Source: a virus (Duplodnaviria; Caudoviricetes). Taken from it: a DNA stretch of 61,633 nt. The position numbers and the translations under genes are program-made. The notes under the pieces were generated by a model. The model was not told the DNA's origin. It made no database searches and saw only the letters and a list, made by a program, of their open reading frames with translations. The stretch spans positions 1 to 61,633 of IMG/VR virus record IMGVR_UViG_3300010234_000011; one strand, 5' to 3'. This document shows positions 1-9,547 of the stretch, in pieces. Each line of letters begins with the position of its first letter. Position 1 is the first letter of the stretch.

Positions 1-84
1 GGCTACGGCAGAGGCAGCGGCTACGGCAGAGGCAGCGGCAACGGCAACGGCAGCGGCAACGGCAACGGCAGCGGACGAGGATGA
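1..84 (+). CDS. C-terminal part of a (Gly-X)n micro-protein that begins at 61574 and spans the window junction
   Basis: Frame 1 reads GYGRGSGYGRGSGNGNGSGNGNGSGRG-TGA(82-84); in frame with 61574..61633; the stop overlaps the polymerase ATG (ATGA). Confidence 0.7.
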   Translation, partial: GYGRGSGYGRGSGNGNGSGNGNGSGRG

Positions 85-1925
85 CCCAGATGGACATAAT
101 TACGTTGGATTTCGAGACGTATTACGACAAGGACTACAGCCTGTCTAAACTTACTACGGAGGAGTATATACGCGACCCACGATTTCAGGTTATCGGGGTA
201 TCTACCAAGGTGAACGATGCCCCCGCGGTTTGGGAAACTGGTGCCGCGGCTGACGTGTTACGGCACTTGCACAGCCTACCGTGGAGCAGCTCAATGCTGG
301 TGGGCCAGAACACCATGTTCGACGGTGCGATCCTGTCGTGGCGGTGTGGTGTGCACCCGAAGGCGCTGGCGGACACGATGCTTATGTCGCGGGCAGTGTA
401 CGGCACCGAGGTATCGCACGGGCTGAAGGCGTTAGCGGAACGTACCGGTGTGGGTGCTAAGGGCGACGAAGTAATCCACGCTATAGGTAAGCGGCTAGAG
501 GACTTCACTGACGCGGAGCTTGCTAGGTACGGGGACTACTGCGTCAACGATACGGAGCTTACCTATACGATATTTCGTAAGTTCATGCTCGACGGTTTTT
601 CCCTCAAGGAGATGAAGCTGATCGACACCACGCTACGCATGTTCACAGAGCCGGTTATAGAGCTGGATGCGCGCCTGCTGCGGGACCACTTGGTATCGGT
701 GAAAGCCCAGAAGCAGGCGCTGCTAGACGCAGCGGGGGTGGCGGAGAAGAAGGACCTCATGTCTAACCCCAAGTTCGCGGACATACTCCGCACCTATGGC
801 GTGGAGCCGCCGATGAAGGTCAGTCCGACTACGGGTAAGGAAACGTTTGCATTCGCTAAGACCGACGAAGCGTTTAAGGCGCTTGAGGAGCACGAGGATA
901 TAAGGGTGCAGCATATTGTCGCAGCCCGGCTAGGGAATAAGTCTACGCTAGAAGAAACCCGCACCGAGCGATTTATTGATATAGCGAAGCGGGGCCTGAT
1001 GCCTATACCGATACGCTACTACGCCGCGCACACAGGACGCTGGGGTGGGTCAGATAAAATTAATCTCCAGAACCTGCCTAGCCGAGGGGCTAACGCCAAG
1101 CAGATCAAGAACTCCATGATGGCACCAGACGGCCACGTGCTTATCGACGCTGACTCTTCGCAGATCGAAGCGCGCGTGCTGGCGTGGCTCGCGGAGCAGG
1201 AGGACTTGGTTTCGGCGTTTCGCGACGGTGAGGACGTTTACAAGATTATGGCCTCGCGTATTTTCGACAAGCCAGTAGACGATATTGATAAGCATGAACG
1301 CCAGATAGGTAAGACCGTTATTCTGGGAGCGGGGTACGGCGTAGGGCACGTTAAGCTACAGGCGTTTTTGAAGATGCAGGCCGGGGTCGAGGTCAGCCTT
1401 GGAGAGGCAGAGCGTATTATCGGAATCTACCGGACCTCGAATGATGAGATAAGCGGACTGTGGAGTAGCGCGCAGTCTATGCTGAGCTTCTTGTCGCGCG
1501 GCAAGGCGATGGACTTCGGCCGCCCGAATGTGCTGGCGGTAGATGTCGACGAAGAGGGCGTCCTATTACCGTCAGGTATGTACCTGCGGTACCCTGACTT
1601 GCAACGCGAAAAGAAAGAGGACGGCTGGGGGTATGAGTACCACTACAAGGTACGGAAAGGACGTAAGTACATATACGGGGCTGCCGTTGTGGAGAACATG
1701 TGTCAGGCAATCGCACGGTGTGTTGTCGGCGAACAGATGTTAAAAATTGCCGAGCGGTATCAACCTGTGCTAACTGTACATGACTCGGTAGTGTGCTGTG
1801 TTCCGGAGGAGGACGCAGTGGAGGCGCAGGAATATATCGAGGCGTCCATGCGCTGGGTGCCGGGTTGGGCAGAGGGCCTCCCTGTGGATTGTGAGTCGGA
1901 CGTTAGTCGACGGTATGGAGGATAG
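81..1925 (+). CDS. polA: Family A DNA polymerase (3'-5' exonuclease plus polymerase domains)
   Basis: ExoI LDFETY; motif A DADSSQIEARVLA; motif B RQIGKTVILGAGYG; motif C TVHDSV. Confidence 0.95.
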   Translation: MTQMDIITLDFETYYDKDYSLSKLTTEEYIRDPRFQVIGVSTKVNDAPAVWETGAAADVLRHLHSLPWSSSMLVGQNTMFDGAILSWRCGVHPKALADTMLMSRAVYGTEVSHGLKALAERTGVGAKGDEVIHAIGKRLEDFTDAELARYGDYCVNDTELTYTIFRKFMLDGFSLKEMKLIDTTLRMFTEPVIELDARLLRDHLVSVKAQKQALLDAAGVAEKKDLMSNPKFADILRTYGVEPPMKVSPTTGKETFAFAKTDEAFKALEEHEDIRVQHIVAARLGNKSTLEETRTERFIDIAKRGLMPIPIRYYAAHTGRWGGSDKINLQNLPSRGANAKQIKNSMMAPDGHVLIDADSSQIEARVLAWLAEQEDLVSAFRDGEDVYKIMASRIFDKPVDDIDKHERQIGKTVILGAGYGVGHVKLQAFLKMQAGVEVSLGEAERIIGIYRTSNDEISGLWSSAQSMLSFLSRGKAMDFGRPNVLAVDVDEEGVLLPSGMYLRYPDLQREKKEDGWGYEYHYKVRKGRKYIYGAAVVENMCQAIARCVVGEQMLKIAERYQPVLTVHDSVVCCVPEEDAVEAQEYIEASMRWVPGWAEGLPVDCESDVSRRYGG

Positions 1926-1935
1926 GGGGTAGACG

Positions 1936-2169
1936 ATGACGTACGTTATTTTAGACCCGGTAAAGATGACCTACGACGGCGGGTACGCCTACAAAGATCA
2001 CGCCCTGAGAATGCTGGAGTTCTGTCGTACTACGTACAAGCAGCCGAGTATGTTCCTCGCGTTTATAGACGGCGACGCGGATTCGGCTCTAGCGCCGCAC
2101 TTTACGTGGATGGCGGATACATACCTTAAAGAGGTAGCAGAGGTAGCAGAGGGAGTATTGGAAGAATGA
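1936..2169 (+). CDS. hypothetical protein
   Basis: 77-aa ORF filling the gap between polA and the exonuclease, overlapping the next start. Confidence 0.6.
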   Translation: MTYVILDPVKMTYDGGYAYKDHALRMLEFCRTTYKQPSMFLAFIDGDADSALAPHFTWMADTYLKEVAEVAEGVLEE

Positions 2170-2834
2170 CTGAAGTCGGCGCATGGTCCTACAGTCGGAT
2201 CAAGAACTTTGAGACGTGTCCGAAACAGTACTACCACGTGAAAGTGCTAGGAGAGTTTCCGTTTGAGGGTACAGCGGCTACGCAGTACGGGACGGAATTT
2301 CATACTGCTGCGGAGAACTTCATCCGTAACGGCGAGGAGCTACCGGGTAAGTTTGTCCAGTATGCACCGCTTATGGAGACGTTGCGGGCTAGGCCCGGGG
2401 AGAAACACTGCGAGCTGAAGATGGGCCTGACCAAGGACTTGGAGCCGTGCGGATTCTTCGATGCCGAAGTGTGGTTTCGCGGCATTGTGGACCTATTGAT
2501 GGTTGACGGGACTACGGCGTATGTTGTTGACTACAAGACCGGCAAGTCTGCACGCTACGCAGACCCTGACCAGTTGGAGTTGATGGCGTTGGCGACATTC
2601 GCGCACTTCCCCCAGATCGAAGAAGTTAAGGCGGGACTGCTGTTCGTTATTGCCGATGAGTTTATCCGCGCGGAGTACGCGGTATCGTCGCAGGATGAGC
2701 GGTGGGCGCGGTGGTATCAGCGCCACGCAGCTATAGAGAAGGCGCACGAGTCGGGGGTGTTCAACCCGCGCCCGTCAGGACTATGCCGCGCACACTGCCC
2801 GGTGCTAGAGTGCGCACACAACGGCCAATCATAG
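2166..2834 (+). CDS. PD-(D/E)XK (Cas4/AddB-like) phage exonuclease
   Basis: WSYS..CPKQY N-terminus, GIVD...VVDYKTGK catalytic motif, QLELMA, C-terminal C-x3-C-x4-C cluster. Confidence 0.85.
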   Translation: MTEVGAWSYSRIKNFETCPKQYYHVKVLGEFPFEGTAATQYGTEFHTAAENFIRNGEELPGKFVQYAPLMETLRARPGEKHCELKMGLTKDLEPCGFFDAEVWFRGIVDLLMVDGTTAYVVDYKTGKSARYADPDQLELMALATFAHFPQIEEVKAGLLFVIADEFIRAEYAVSSQDERWARWYQRHAAIEKAHESGVFNPRPSGLCRAHCPVLECAHNGQS

Positions 2835-2843
2835 GAGTCACAG

Positions 2844-3140
2844 ATGGCGTATAAGAACCCCACCAAGGATCGGCCGTACGCACGAGAATACCAGCTACAG
2901 AAAGCCCGCGGCGAGTCCGGAGATCGCAATACACGGGCACGTGCCCGGTACGCCTTCGACAAGAAGCACGGCAAGAAGGCCCGCGAGGGGCTAGATATAA
3001 GCCACAAAAAGCCGCTAGCGCGTGGTGGATCGAACGCAGACGGAACCCGACTTGAAGCCCGGAGCACTAACCGGGCACGGGGCGGGGCTATGAGTAAGCC
3101 GGGAACAAAGACCGGGAAAAAGGTTACACGCAAGGTGTAA
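2844..3140 (+). CDS. small HNH-like endonuclease
   Basis: DISHKKPLARGGSN...NRARG betabetaalpha-Me-like motif; very basic. Confidence 0.7.
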   Translation: MAYKNPTKDRPYAREYQLQKARGESGDRNTRARARYAFDKKHGKKAREGLDISHKKPLARGGSNADGTRLEARSTNRARGGAMSKPGTKTGKKVTRKV

Positions 3141-3142
3141 CC
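3122..3142. promoter_or_regulatory. 21-bp palindrome copy (one arm mismatch), overlapping the HNH stop codon
   Basis: ggttacacg-caa-ggtgtaacc. Confidence 0.75.
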
Positions 3143-3157
3143 TAATGGAGGAAGTCA

Positions 3158-4693
3158 ATGCGGATTATCGACAACAAGGCGCTCCTGCTACGGACGCCTA
3201 ACCCTAAAATAGTCGCTAAATGTATCGCCAAAAGTAAGGTGGTTAGCGACGACGAAGTGTTGGTCCATTGGGACGTAGGCGAAGTAGCTACGCTGAAAAG
3301 TCTTAATATCGACGCGCCCTCCCCCCTGCAGGGACGGTACAGCTGGCCCGGACGGTTCACGCCATTCGACCACCAACGCACGACGGCAGAGTTTCTTGTA
3401 GCCAACAAAAAGTCGTTCTGTTTCTCTGAGATGGGTACGGGTAAGAGCGCCAGCGCCATCTGGGCGGCGGACTTCCTAATGACGCGCGGGTGCATATCCC
3501 GCGCACTTATAATCTGTCCGCTTTCGATCATGGACTCTGCGTGGCGGGCCGACCTGTTCAACGTAGCCATGCACCGTACCGTGGACATAGCGTACGGGTC
3601 CGCCGACAAACGGAAGAAGGTCATCGAAGGCGGTGCAGAGTTCGTCATCATCAACTATGATGGCGTGCGTGTCGTAGAGAAGGAGATACTAGCCGGTAAG
3701 TTCGACCTCGTGATTGTCGATGAGGCTAGCCATTACAAAAACCCCAAGACAGCTAGGTGGAAGTCGCTGAACCGTATAGTCGGTCCGGATGACTGGTTGT
3801 GGATGATGACAGGCACACCTGCTGCGCAGGGGCCAATGGATGCTTACGGACTAGCCAAACTCATTAACCCGACAGCAGTCCCCCGCACGTGGGGTGGGTT
3901 CCGGGACGTCGTTATGCGGCAGGTCACGCGGTTCAAGTGGGACCCGAAGCCCGAAGCGGTGGAGACAGTGCATCGCGTATTACAGCCCGCCATCCGCTAC
4001 ACCAAGGAAGAATGCTTAGACCTGCCCGATATGGTCTACACTAAGCGCGAAGTTCCTATGACCGCCCAGCAGAATATGTACTACAAGAAGCTGAAGAAGG
4101 ACATGGTGCTCCAGCTAGCGGACTCGGAAGTCACCACGGTGAACGCCGCTGTAAACATGAACAAGCTGCTACAGATTGCAGCGGGGGCGGTCTACACGGA
4201 TGGGGGCGACACTGTAGAGTTCGACATATCTGCTAGATACCAAGCGCTGCGGGAAACTATCGACGAGAGCAGCCACAAGGTCCTAGTGTTCGCGCCGTTC
4301 ACGAGCACTATACGGATGCTAAAGGAGCGGCTGGACGCGGATGGTATATCCACGGAGGTTATCGCAGGGGCGGTGCCGGTCGCTAAGCGTACCGAGGTAA
4401 TAAACTCATTCCAGAACAACACTAACCCGCGCGTGTTGATTATTCAGCCGCAGGCAGCGGCGCACGGAGTGACGTTGACGGCCGCCAACACCGTAGTATG
4501 GTGGTCGCCCACCCCGTCTCTGGAGATATTTGCGCAAGCCAACGCCCGCGTGCACCGCTCCGGTCAAGTAAATAAGTGCACGGTCGTACAGCTACACAGT
4601 GCTCCAGTGGAACACCGCATCTACAAGATGCTCCGAGACCGCGTGGACGTGCACTCTAAAATCGTGGCGCTGTACAAAGAACTGCTTGACTAG
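3158..4693 (+). CDS. SNF2-family (SF2) helicase
   Basis: EMGTGKS (motif I), IVDEASH (II), MTGTP (III), QANARVHRSGQ (VI). Confidence 0.92.
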   Translation: MRIIDNKALLLRTPNPKIVAKCIAKSKVVSDDEVLVHWDVGEVATLKSLNIDAPSPLQGRYSWPGRFTPFDHQRTTAEFLVANKKSFCFSEMGTGKSASAIWAADFLMTRGCISRALIICPLSIMDSAWRADLFNVAMHRTVDIAYGSADKRKKVIEGGAEFVIINYDGVRVVEKEILAGKFDLVIVDEASHYKNPKTARWKSLNRIVGPDDWLWMMTGTPAAQGPMDAYGLAKLINPTAVPRTWGGFRDVVMRQVTRFKWDPKPEAVETVHRVLQPAIRYTKEECLDLPDMVYTKREVPMTAQQNMYYKKLKKDMVLQLADSEVTTVNAAVNMNKLLQIAAGAVYTDGGDTVEFDISARYQALRETIDESSHKVLVFAPFTSTIRMLKERLDADGISTEVIAGAVPVAKRTEVINSFQNNTNPRVLIIQPQAAAHGVTLTAANTVVWWSPTPSLEIFAQANARVHRSGQVNKCTVVQLHSAPVEHRIYKMLRDRVDVHSKIVALYKELLD

Positions 4694-4714
4694 CTCACAC
4701 GGGGACACTATACA
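4685..4714 (+). promoter_or_regulatory. sigma70-type promoter
   Basis: CTTGAC-N17-CTATAC, resembling the alphaproteobacterial RpoD consensus CTTGAC-N17-CTATAT; upstream of the AAGGAGG RBS of 4754. Confidence 0.6.
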
Positions 4715-4753
4715 GCACTATATATCACTATACATCACGACAAGGAGGATGTC

Positions 4754-5167
4754 ATGAATGACGTAGAGGCAGACGTTGACGGCCTGTCACTAGACCGATT
4801 GACTGACGTATACATAAAGATACGCGACGCCCGCAGCGCGTTGAAGCGTCAGTTCGACACCGATGACGGAGAATTGCGGGGGAAGCTCGACCTTATTAGC
4901 GAACGGCTTTTGGAGTACTGCGCGACCAATGGCGTCGAGAGCGCCCGTACGCAGCACGGCACGTTCTTCCGGAAGGTTCGCAACCGGTATTGGGCCACGG
5001 ATTGGGGCGCGGTCCACGCGTTCGTATTGGAGAACAAGATGCCGGAGCTGTTTGAGAAACGGCTCAGCCAAGGCACGATGAAGCAGCTTGCAGAGGAGGA
5101 TGGTGTGGTAGTGCCCGGCGTTAACGTGGACAGCGAATACGTCGTTACGGTTAGGAGAAGCAAGTAA
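4754..5167 (+). CDS. phage replication-module protein (coiled-coil N-terminus), function unknown
   Basis: Strong RBS aaggagg; 137-aa ORF between the helicase and SSB-like genes. Confidence 0.75.
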   Translation: MNDVEADVDGLSLDRLTDVYIKIRDARSALKRQFDTDDGELRGKLDLISERLLEYCATNGVESARTQHGTFFRKVRNRYWATDWGAVHAFVLENKMPELFEKRLSQGTMKQLAEEDGVVVPGVNVDSEYVVTVRRSK

Positions 5168-5370
5168 TGGCAAACTATGTGCCAATACAAGAATTGGCGG
5201 ACCACTTTAAGGTCCACCTAAACACCGCATGGGCGTGGGTCCACGACGGTGTCATCCCGGAGGATACCTACATCAAGGTGCATCGAACCTATCGGTTTGA
5301 TCTGGACCGTATAGATGCAGCGATGCTTCCTAAACATGAACCAAAAACTGAGGAGTCTAACGATGAGTGA
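5167..5370 (+). CDS. excisionase/MerR-like winged-HTH DNA-binding protein
   Basis: IQELADHFKVHLNTAWAWVHDG.IP...KV..TYRF pattern (HTH_17-like). Confidence 0.75.
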   Translation: MANYVPIQELADHFKVHLNTAWAWVHDGVIPEDTYIKVHRTYRFDLDRIDAAMLPKHEPKTEESNDE

Positions 5371-6268
5371 TCTTGTAGTCCTGAAGCCCATGGCGGTTTC
5401 AAACAGTGTTGCCGCGGAGAGGATGCGCGAGGACGCTAAGAAGCTGTCTGGGCGCGGCGATACCCGCCGCATCAGTATCCGCGGGGGCCGCTTCCGGCTT
5501 ATGCTTGGCGGCGAGCAGGTCGGTAAGCCGAAGTCTGACCCGCTCAATATTATCATTGTACGTAACTCCCCCGTAGGACGTACGTATTATGACTCGGTAT
5601 ACGACCCCGATGACCCGCAGCCGCCCCGTTGCTGGTCTCAGGATGGCGAAGCACCGTCCCCCGACGTTGCTAAGGACGAACGTATGTCCCCAACCTGCGC
5701 CGCGTGTAAGATGAACATCAAGGGGTCTGGACAAGGGCAGTCGCGCGCATGTCGTTTCTCGGTGCGCTTGGCCTTGATGCTGGAAGGCGATCCGGATCAC
5801 CACATCTACCAGATGCAAATTCCGGCGACGTCGTTCTTCGGCAAGCGGTCAGGTACCGACATGGGGCTTCAGGCATACACCACGTACCTTACTGAGCAGA
5901 AGAACCTGCTTAACAGCGTGGTCACTGAGGTCCGGTTTGATGAGGACAGTGAGACGCCACGGTTGTTCTTCCGCCCGATCCGCAATGTGGATCAGGAGGA
6001 GTTGGACGTCGCGGATCAGCTCTATGAGTCCCCCGCGGCCGAGGCGGCGGTTACTATGACTGTGTTCCAAGCGGACAGCCCTGCGTCGGAGCCAGACGCT
6101 CCGGTACGGAGCGAAAAGAAGGAAGTCGTCGAGGTTGCCGATGACGATGACGATGACGACGAGCCCGAAGCCGTGGCTGAGCCTGTGAAGCGTAACGCTA
6201 AGACCTCGAAGAAGGTCGAACCAGACAGCGGCGAGGACCCCCTGATAACCTCAATCGCTGGGTGGTAA
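5363..6268 (+). CDS. putative single-stranded DNA-binding protein
   Basis: ATG at 5363 after gaggag; RISIRGG.F N-terminus, CxxC..C motif, acidic tail ending in Trp; lies before the primase. Confidence 0.6.
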   Translation: MSDLVVLKPMAVSNSVAAERMREDAKKLSGRGDTRRISIRGGRFRLMLGGEQVGKPKSDPLNIIIVRNSPVGRTYYDSVYDPDDPQPPRCWSQDGEAPSPDVAKDERMSPTCAACKMNIKGSGQGQSRACRFSVRLALMLEGDPDHHIYQMQIPATSFFGKRSGTDMGLQAYTTYLTEQKNLLNSVVTEVRFDEDSETPRLFFRPIRNVDQEELDVADQLYESPAAEAAVTMTVFQADSPASEPDAPVRSEKKEVVEVADDDDDDDEPEAVAEPVKRNAKTSKKVEPDSGEDPLITSIAGW

Positions 6269-6274
6269 TCTTCT

Positions 6275-6298
6275 GGGGCCGCGCAATCGTGCGGCCCC
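6275..6298 (+). terminator. GC-rich hairpin after the SSB-like gene (weak terminator or stabiliser)
   Basis: ggggccgcg-caatc-gtgcggcccc; poor U-tract. Confidence 0.35.
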
Positions 6299-6322
6299 CC
6301 TTCATACAAGAAAGAAGATGTT

Positions 6323-9226
6323 ATGGACGCACGGAAGTTTCTGGAGCGTACTGTCGGCACTGAAGGTTACTACTGTCTATTCGTATTGCAGCGCGGCGCG
6401 ACCGAAGCGGCAACGAAGAAGATACAGCGGTTTTTCGACACCATTGAAGACCTGCTACAGGAAGCCAATAAGTTCGACAGTCGCGGGTGGGATACGTATT
6501 TTAGTCTCGCTACATTTAATGAGGACAGCAACCGCTACGCCGCTAACGCCCGGCAGATGCGGGCGCTCTATTTAGACCTAGACTGCGGGGAGGACAAAGC
6601 AAACCCACCGGATGGTGGTAGGCCCAAGGGCTACATAGACCAGAAAGCAGCGCTGCGGGCGCTAACAAGTTTTTGCCGTGGGTACGCACTGCCGGACCCG
6701 ATAGTGGTTAATAGCGGCAACGGCGTACATGTATACTGGACACTGGACGTACCGGTTAGTGTAGCTGAATGGCGGCCGGTGGCCGCGGCGTTGAAGGCCG
6801 CATGTGTGTCCCGTGACCTTTTGGCGGACCCCGCGGTAACAGCGGACGCGGCGCGCATTTTACGGATACCGGGCACTCACAACTACAAATACGGCGAGGC
6901 GTCAGAGGTTGTCGTTTGGGACGGCGCAGATACACCGGCCCCGGTCAGCCTAGACACTATGGCAGACCTCTTGGGGGTTAGCGCCGGGGTGCCGCTTGTG
7001 CCGATGGATACCGCAGGTAACAGCCGTGTCCGTGAGTCCATGAGCGCCATGCAGGAGAAGCTGTCCTCTAACCTGACGAGCCGGTTCCGTACTATTCTGG
7101 ACCGTATAGTCGAGGGTACAGGCTGCGCCCAAATCGAGGGAATGGTCCGGGCCCCGGCGTCGGTGGATGAGCCGCTATGGCGTGCCGGGTTATCTATCGC
7201 AGCGCACTGCGCGGACTCTGAGCGTGCCATACAGTTTATATCAAAGGGGCACCCGGACTACGATCCGGACGACACGACGCGGAAGGCGCAGGGCATAAAG
7301 GGTCCATACACATGCGCTAAGTTCGACGGATACTCTCCGGGGATTTGCGAGGGGTGCCCGCACTGGGGCAAGATAAAGTCGCCTATCGTTCTAGGTAAGG
7401 AGTTGGATGCCGCCCCCGAAGAGCCGATAACCGTAGAGGTCCGCGACAGGGACACGGGCATAGTCAAGGAATACGACGTACCGAAACTCCCTAAGCCGTA
7501 CGTCAGGGGGTCCAGTGGTGGCGTCTACAAGATGACGGAGGACGAGGAGGGTAACCCGGATCACGTACTTATATACGCACATGACCTTTATGTGATACGA
7601 CGTACGTTCGATGCACTGGCGGGATCGGAGTCAGTGCTGCTGCGATTGCACCTCCCCAAGGACGGGGTGCGGGAGTTCTCAGTACCGCTGCACGTCTTAC
7701 ATTCGCGGCAGGAGTTCTCCAAAGCGTTAGCATCGCAAGGTGTGACCGCGCGGGGGGAGAAACAATGGGCGGCTATAGGATACTACATCATGGACTGGAT
7801 AGAGGAGTTACAGATGACTACTACAGCAAGCGCTGCGCGCAGACAGTTTGGGTGGACTGAAGGGTTGGAGTCATTTCTATTGGGGGACCGAGAGTACACC
7901 GAAGGTGCCGTTCGGAACAACACGCCGACACCTATGACCCAGCAGTACATCCCAGCATTCAAACCTAAAGGGTCGCTGGAGGAGTGGAAGGAGCTAGTCG
8001 CCGTATACGACCAGCCCGGTATGGAGGTGTATCAGCTGGTGATGTGTGCGAGTTTTGGGTCGCCGCTGATGGCGTTCATGCCCGACAGCGGGCTTACAAT
8101 CCACCTGAACAGCTCCACGGGCTACGGGAAAACAACGTTGCAGCTGGCTGCACTGTCCGTATGGGGCGAGCCGCAACTGCTCGCATTGGCCGACAAGGAC
8201 ACGGACAATTCCAAACTCCTGCGCCTAGAGGCTATGAAGAACATCCCTGTGGTGTTCGATGAGATGACAAGCACCTCGCCCGAGAACATTAGCGACCTAG
8301 TGTATTCCATAACGCAGGGTATGCAGCGGAACCGTATGGCCGGTGGGGCTAATGTGGAGCGTATCCGGGGAGAGCCGTGGGCGCTGATCGCTATCTCGTC
8401 GGGCAACGCTAGCTTCTATGACAAGCTGGATGTTCTGAAGGCTGATAACAGAGCGGAGAAGAGCCGCGTGCTGGAGATACGCATGGCCACGCACGTCCGT
8501 GCGGGCAGCAAGGCCGACATGTCCGTGTTTGAACGTAAGATCAAGCGCGAGTGCTATGGGTTCGCCGGTGATGTGTTCATAAACTACGTGGTGAACAACA
8601 AAGATCGCGTTCTGGAACTCATCTTGGGGGTGCAGGCACGGCTGGATGAGGCCGCGGGATTGGGTACCGCGGATCGGTTCATATCGTCGGGACTGTCGTG
8701 TTCGTTGGCTGCCGGTCTGTTGGCGGAGAAATTGGGCCTACTCCAGTACGACATGAAGCGCCTGTTCGACTACACGGTGGCCCTACTGGATACCCGCAAG
8801 GGGGAGCTGGACGCCTCTGCCCTGCCTGCTCCGGACCTGTTGGCGTCGTACCTTGCGGAGAACACGGATAAGATACTCCGGATCGACAGCACGCGGCGCG
8901 GTGGGGGTAGTTCGGACCTTGTTGTGCCAGACGCCGCTGCGCATGGGCAGCTAGTAGCGCGGTATGAACCGGACCTCAAGAAGCTGTATCTGCTACCAAA
9001 ACCGTTCCGCGGCTGGTGCTCCAAGCAGCAGCTCAGCTACGACGCCCTGCTCAAGGAGCTGGGGAATACATACACCGTGCGCCGCAACGTGAAGCGGCAC
9101 ATCACTAAGGGCACGCCTATGGAACCGCTGCACGCTAAGGTCACCATTATCGACATGGAACTCGCCGGTGAAGAAGCAACTAGCAACGTTGTGGCTATGG
9201 AGAGGCCCGCTGACTCCGCCAAGTGA
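6323..9226 (+). CDS. primase-helicase (AEP/RepB-like primase, DUF927-like region, P-loop helicase)
   Basis: LYLDLD and SGNGVHVYW (AEP motifs), ARILRIPGTHN, C..CPHW cluster, Walker A STGYGKTT, Walker B VVFDE. Confidence 0.85.
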   Translation: MDARKFLERTVGTEGYYCLFVLQRGATEAATKKIQRFFDTIEDLLQEANKFDSRGWDTYFSLATFNEDSNRYAANARQMRALYLDLDCGEDKANPPDGGRPKGYIDQKAALRALTSFCRGYALPDPIVVNSGNGVHVYWTLDVPVSVAEWRPVAAALKAACVSRDLLADPAVTADAARILRIPGTHNYKYGEASEVVVWDGADTPAPVSLDTMADLLGVSAGVPLVPMDTAGNSRVRESMSAMQEKLSSNLTSRFRTILDRIVEGTGCAQIEGMVRAPASVDEPLWRAGLSIAAHCADSERAIQFISKGHPDYDPDDTTRKAQGIKGPYTCAKFDGYSPGICEGCPHWGKIKSPIVLGKELDAAPEEPITVEVRDRDTGIVKEYDVPKLPKPYVRGSSGGVYKMTEDEEGNPDHVLIYAHDLYVIRRTFDALAGSESVLLRLHLPKDGVREFSVPLHVLHSRQEFSKALASQGVTARGEKQWAAIGYYIMDWIEELQMTTTASAARRQFGWTEGLESFLLGDREYTEGAVRNNTPTPMTQQYIPAFKPKGSLEEWKELVAVYDQPGMEVYQLVMCASFGSPLMAFMPDSGLTIHLNSSTGYGKTTLQLAALSVWGEPQLLALADKDTDNSKLLRLEAMKNIPVVFDEMTSTSPENISDLVYSITQGMQRNRMAGGANVERIRGEPWALIAISSGNASFYDKLDVLKADNRAEKSRVLEIRMATHVRAGSKADMSVFERKIKRECYGFAGDVFINYVVNNKDRVLELILGVQARLDEAAGLGTADRFISSGLSCSLAAGLLAEKLGLLQYDMKRLFDYTVALLDTRKGELDASALPAPDLLASYLAENTDKILRIDSTRRGGGSSDLVVPDAAAHGQLVARYEPDLKKLYLLPKPFRGWCSKQQLSYDALLKELGNTYTVRRNVKRHITKGTPMEPLHAKVTIIDMELAGEEATSNVVAMERPADSAK

Positions 9227-9473
9227 CCGATCCAGCCGCTACGAGGCGCGTACTAAGCGTGAGTTGGCGGACGGCATCTTTATCGGCGACCTTCGGGTCG
9301 TCGTGCACTGGAACCGGTGGGATGTCGGCATGTCGGTATTCATACCGTGCACGGATATCAAAGACCTTACGCGGCAGATGCGCCGGAGGGCACGACGGTT
9401 CGGGTACAAGCTAACGGTACAAGAAGAAGTAGTAGGTGATCTATTAGGGCTTCGCTTTTGGCGGCGCGTGTGA
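9168..9473 (+). CDS. small phage hypothetical protein (start uncertain)
   Basis: W..WDVGMSVFIP...GLRFWR pattern; last + strand gene before the terminator. Confidence 0.55.
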   Translation: MKKQLATLWLWRGPLTPPSDRSSRYEARTKRELADGIFIGDLRVVVHWNRWDVGMSVFIPCTDIKDLTRQMRRRARRFGYKLTVQEEVVGDLLGLRFWRRV

Positions 9474-9514
9474 TACAGAGCACGTGTCGTAACTGACACC
9501 TCCCTGTTGGACTA

Positions 9515-9547
9515 CCCCGGCGGCGTAACAACCGTCGGGGGTTTTTT
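9515..9547 (+). terminator. rho-independent terminator at the convergence of the replication and structural arms
   Basis: ccccggcgg-cgtaacaa-ccgtcgggg followed by gtttttt. Confidence 0.8.

Noticed and set aside
2166-2834. cas4 as part of a CRISPR-Cas system
   Set aside because: It sits in the replication module between polA and the helicase, as phage PD-(D/E)XK exonucleases commonly do; no cas1 or cas2.
5167-5370. Integration/excision module
   Set aside because: The excisionase-like HTH has no neighbouring integrase or evident att site.
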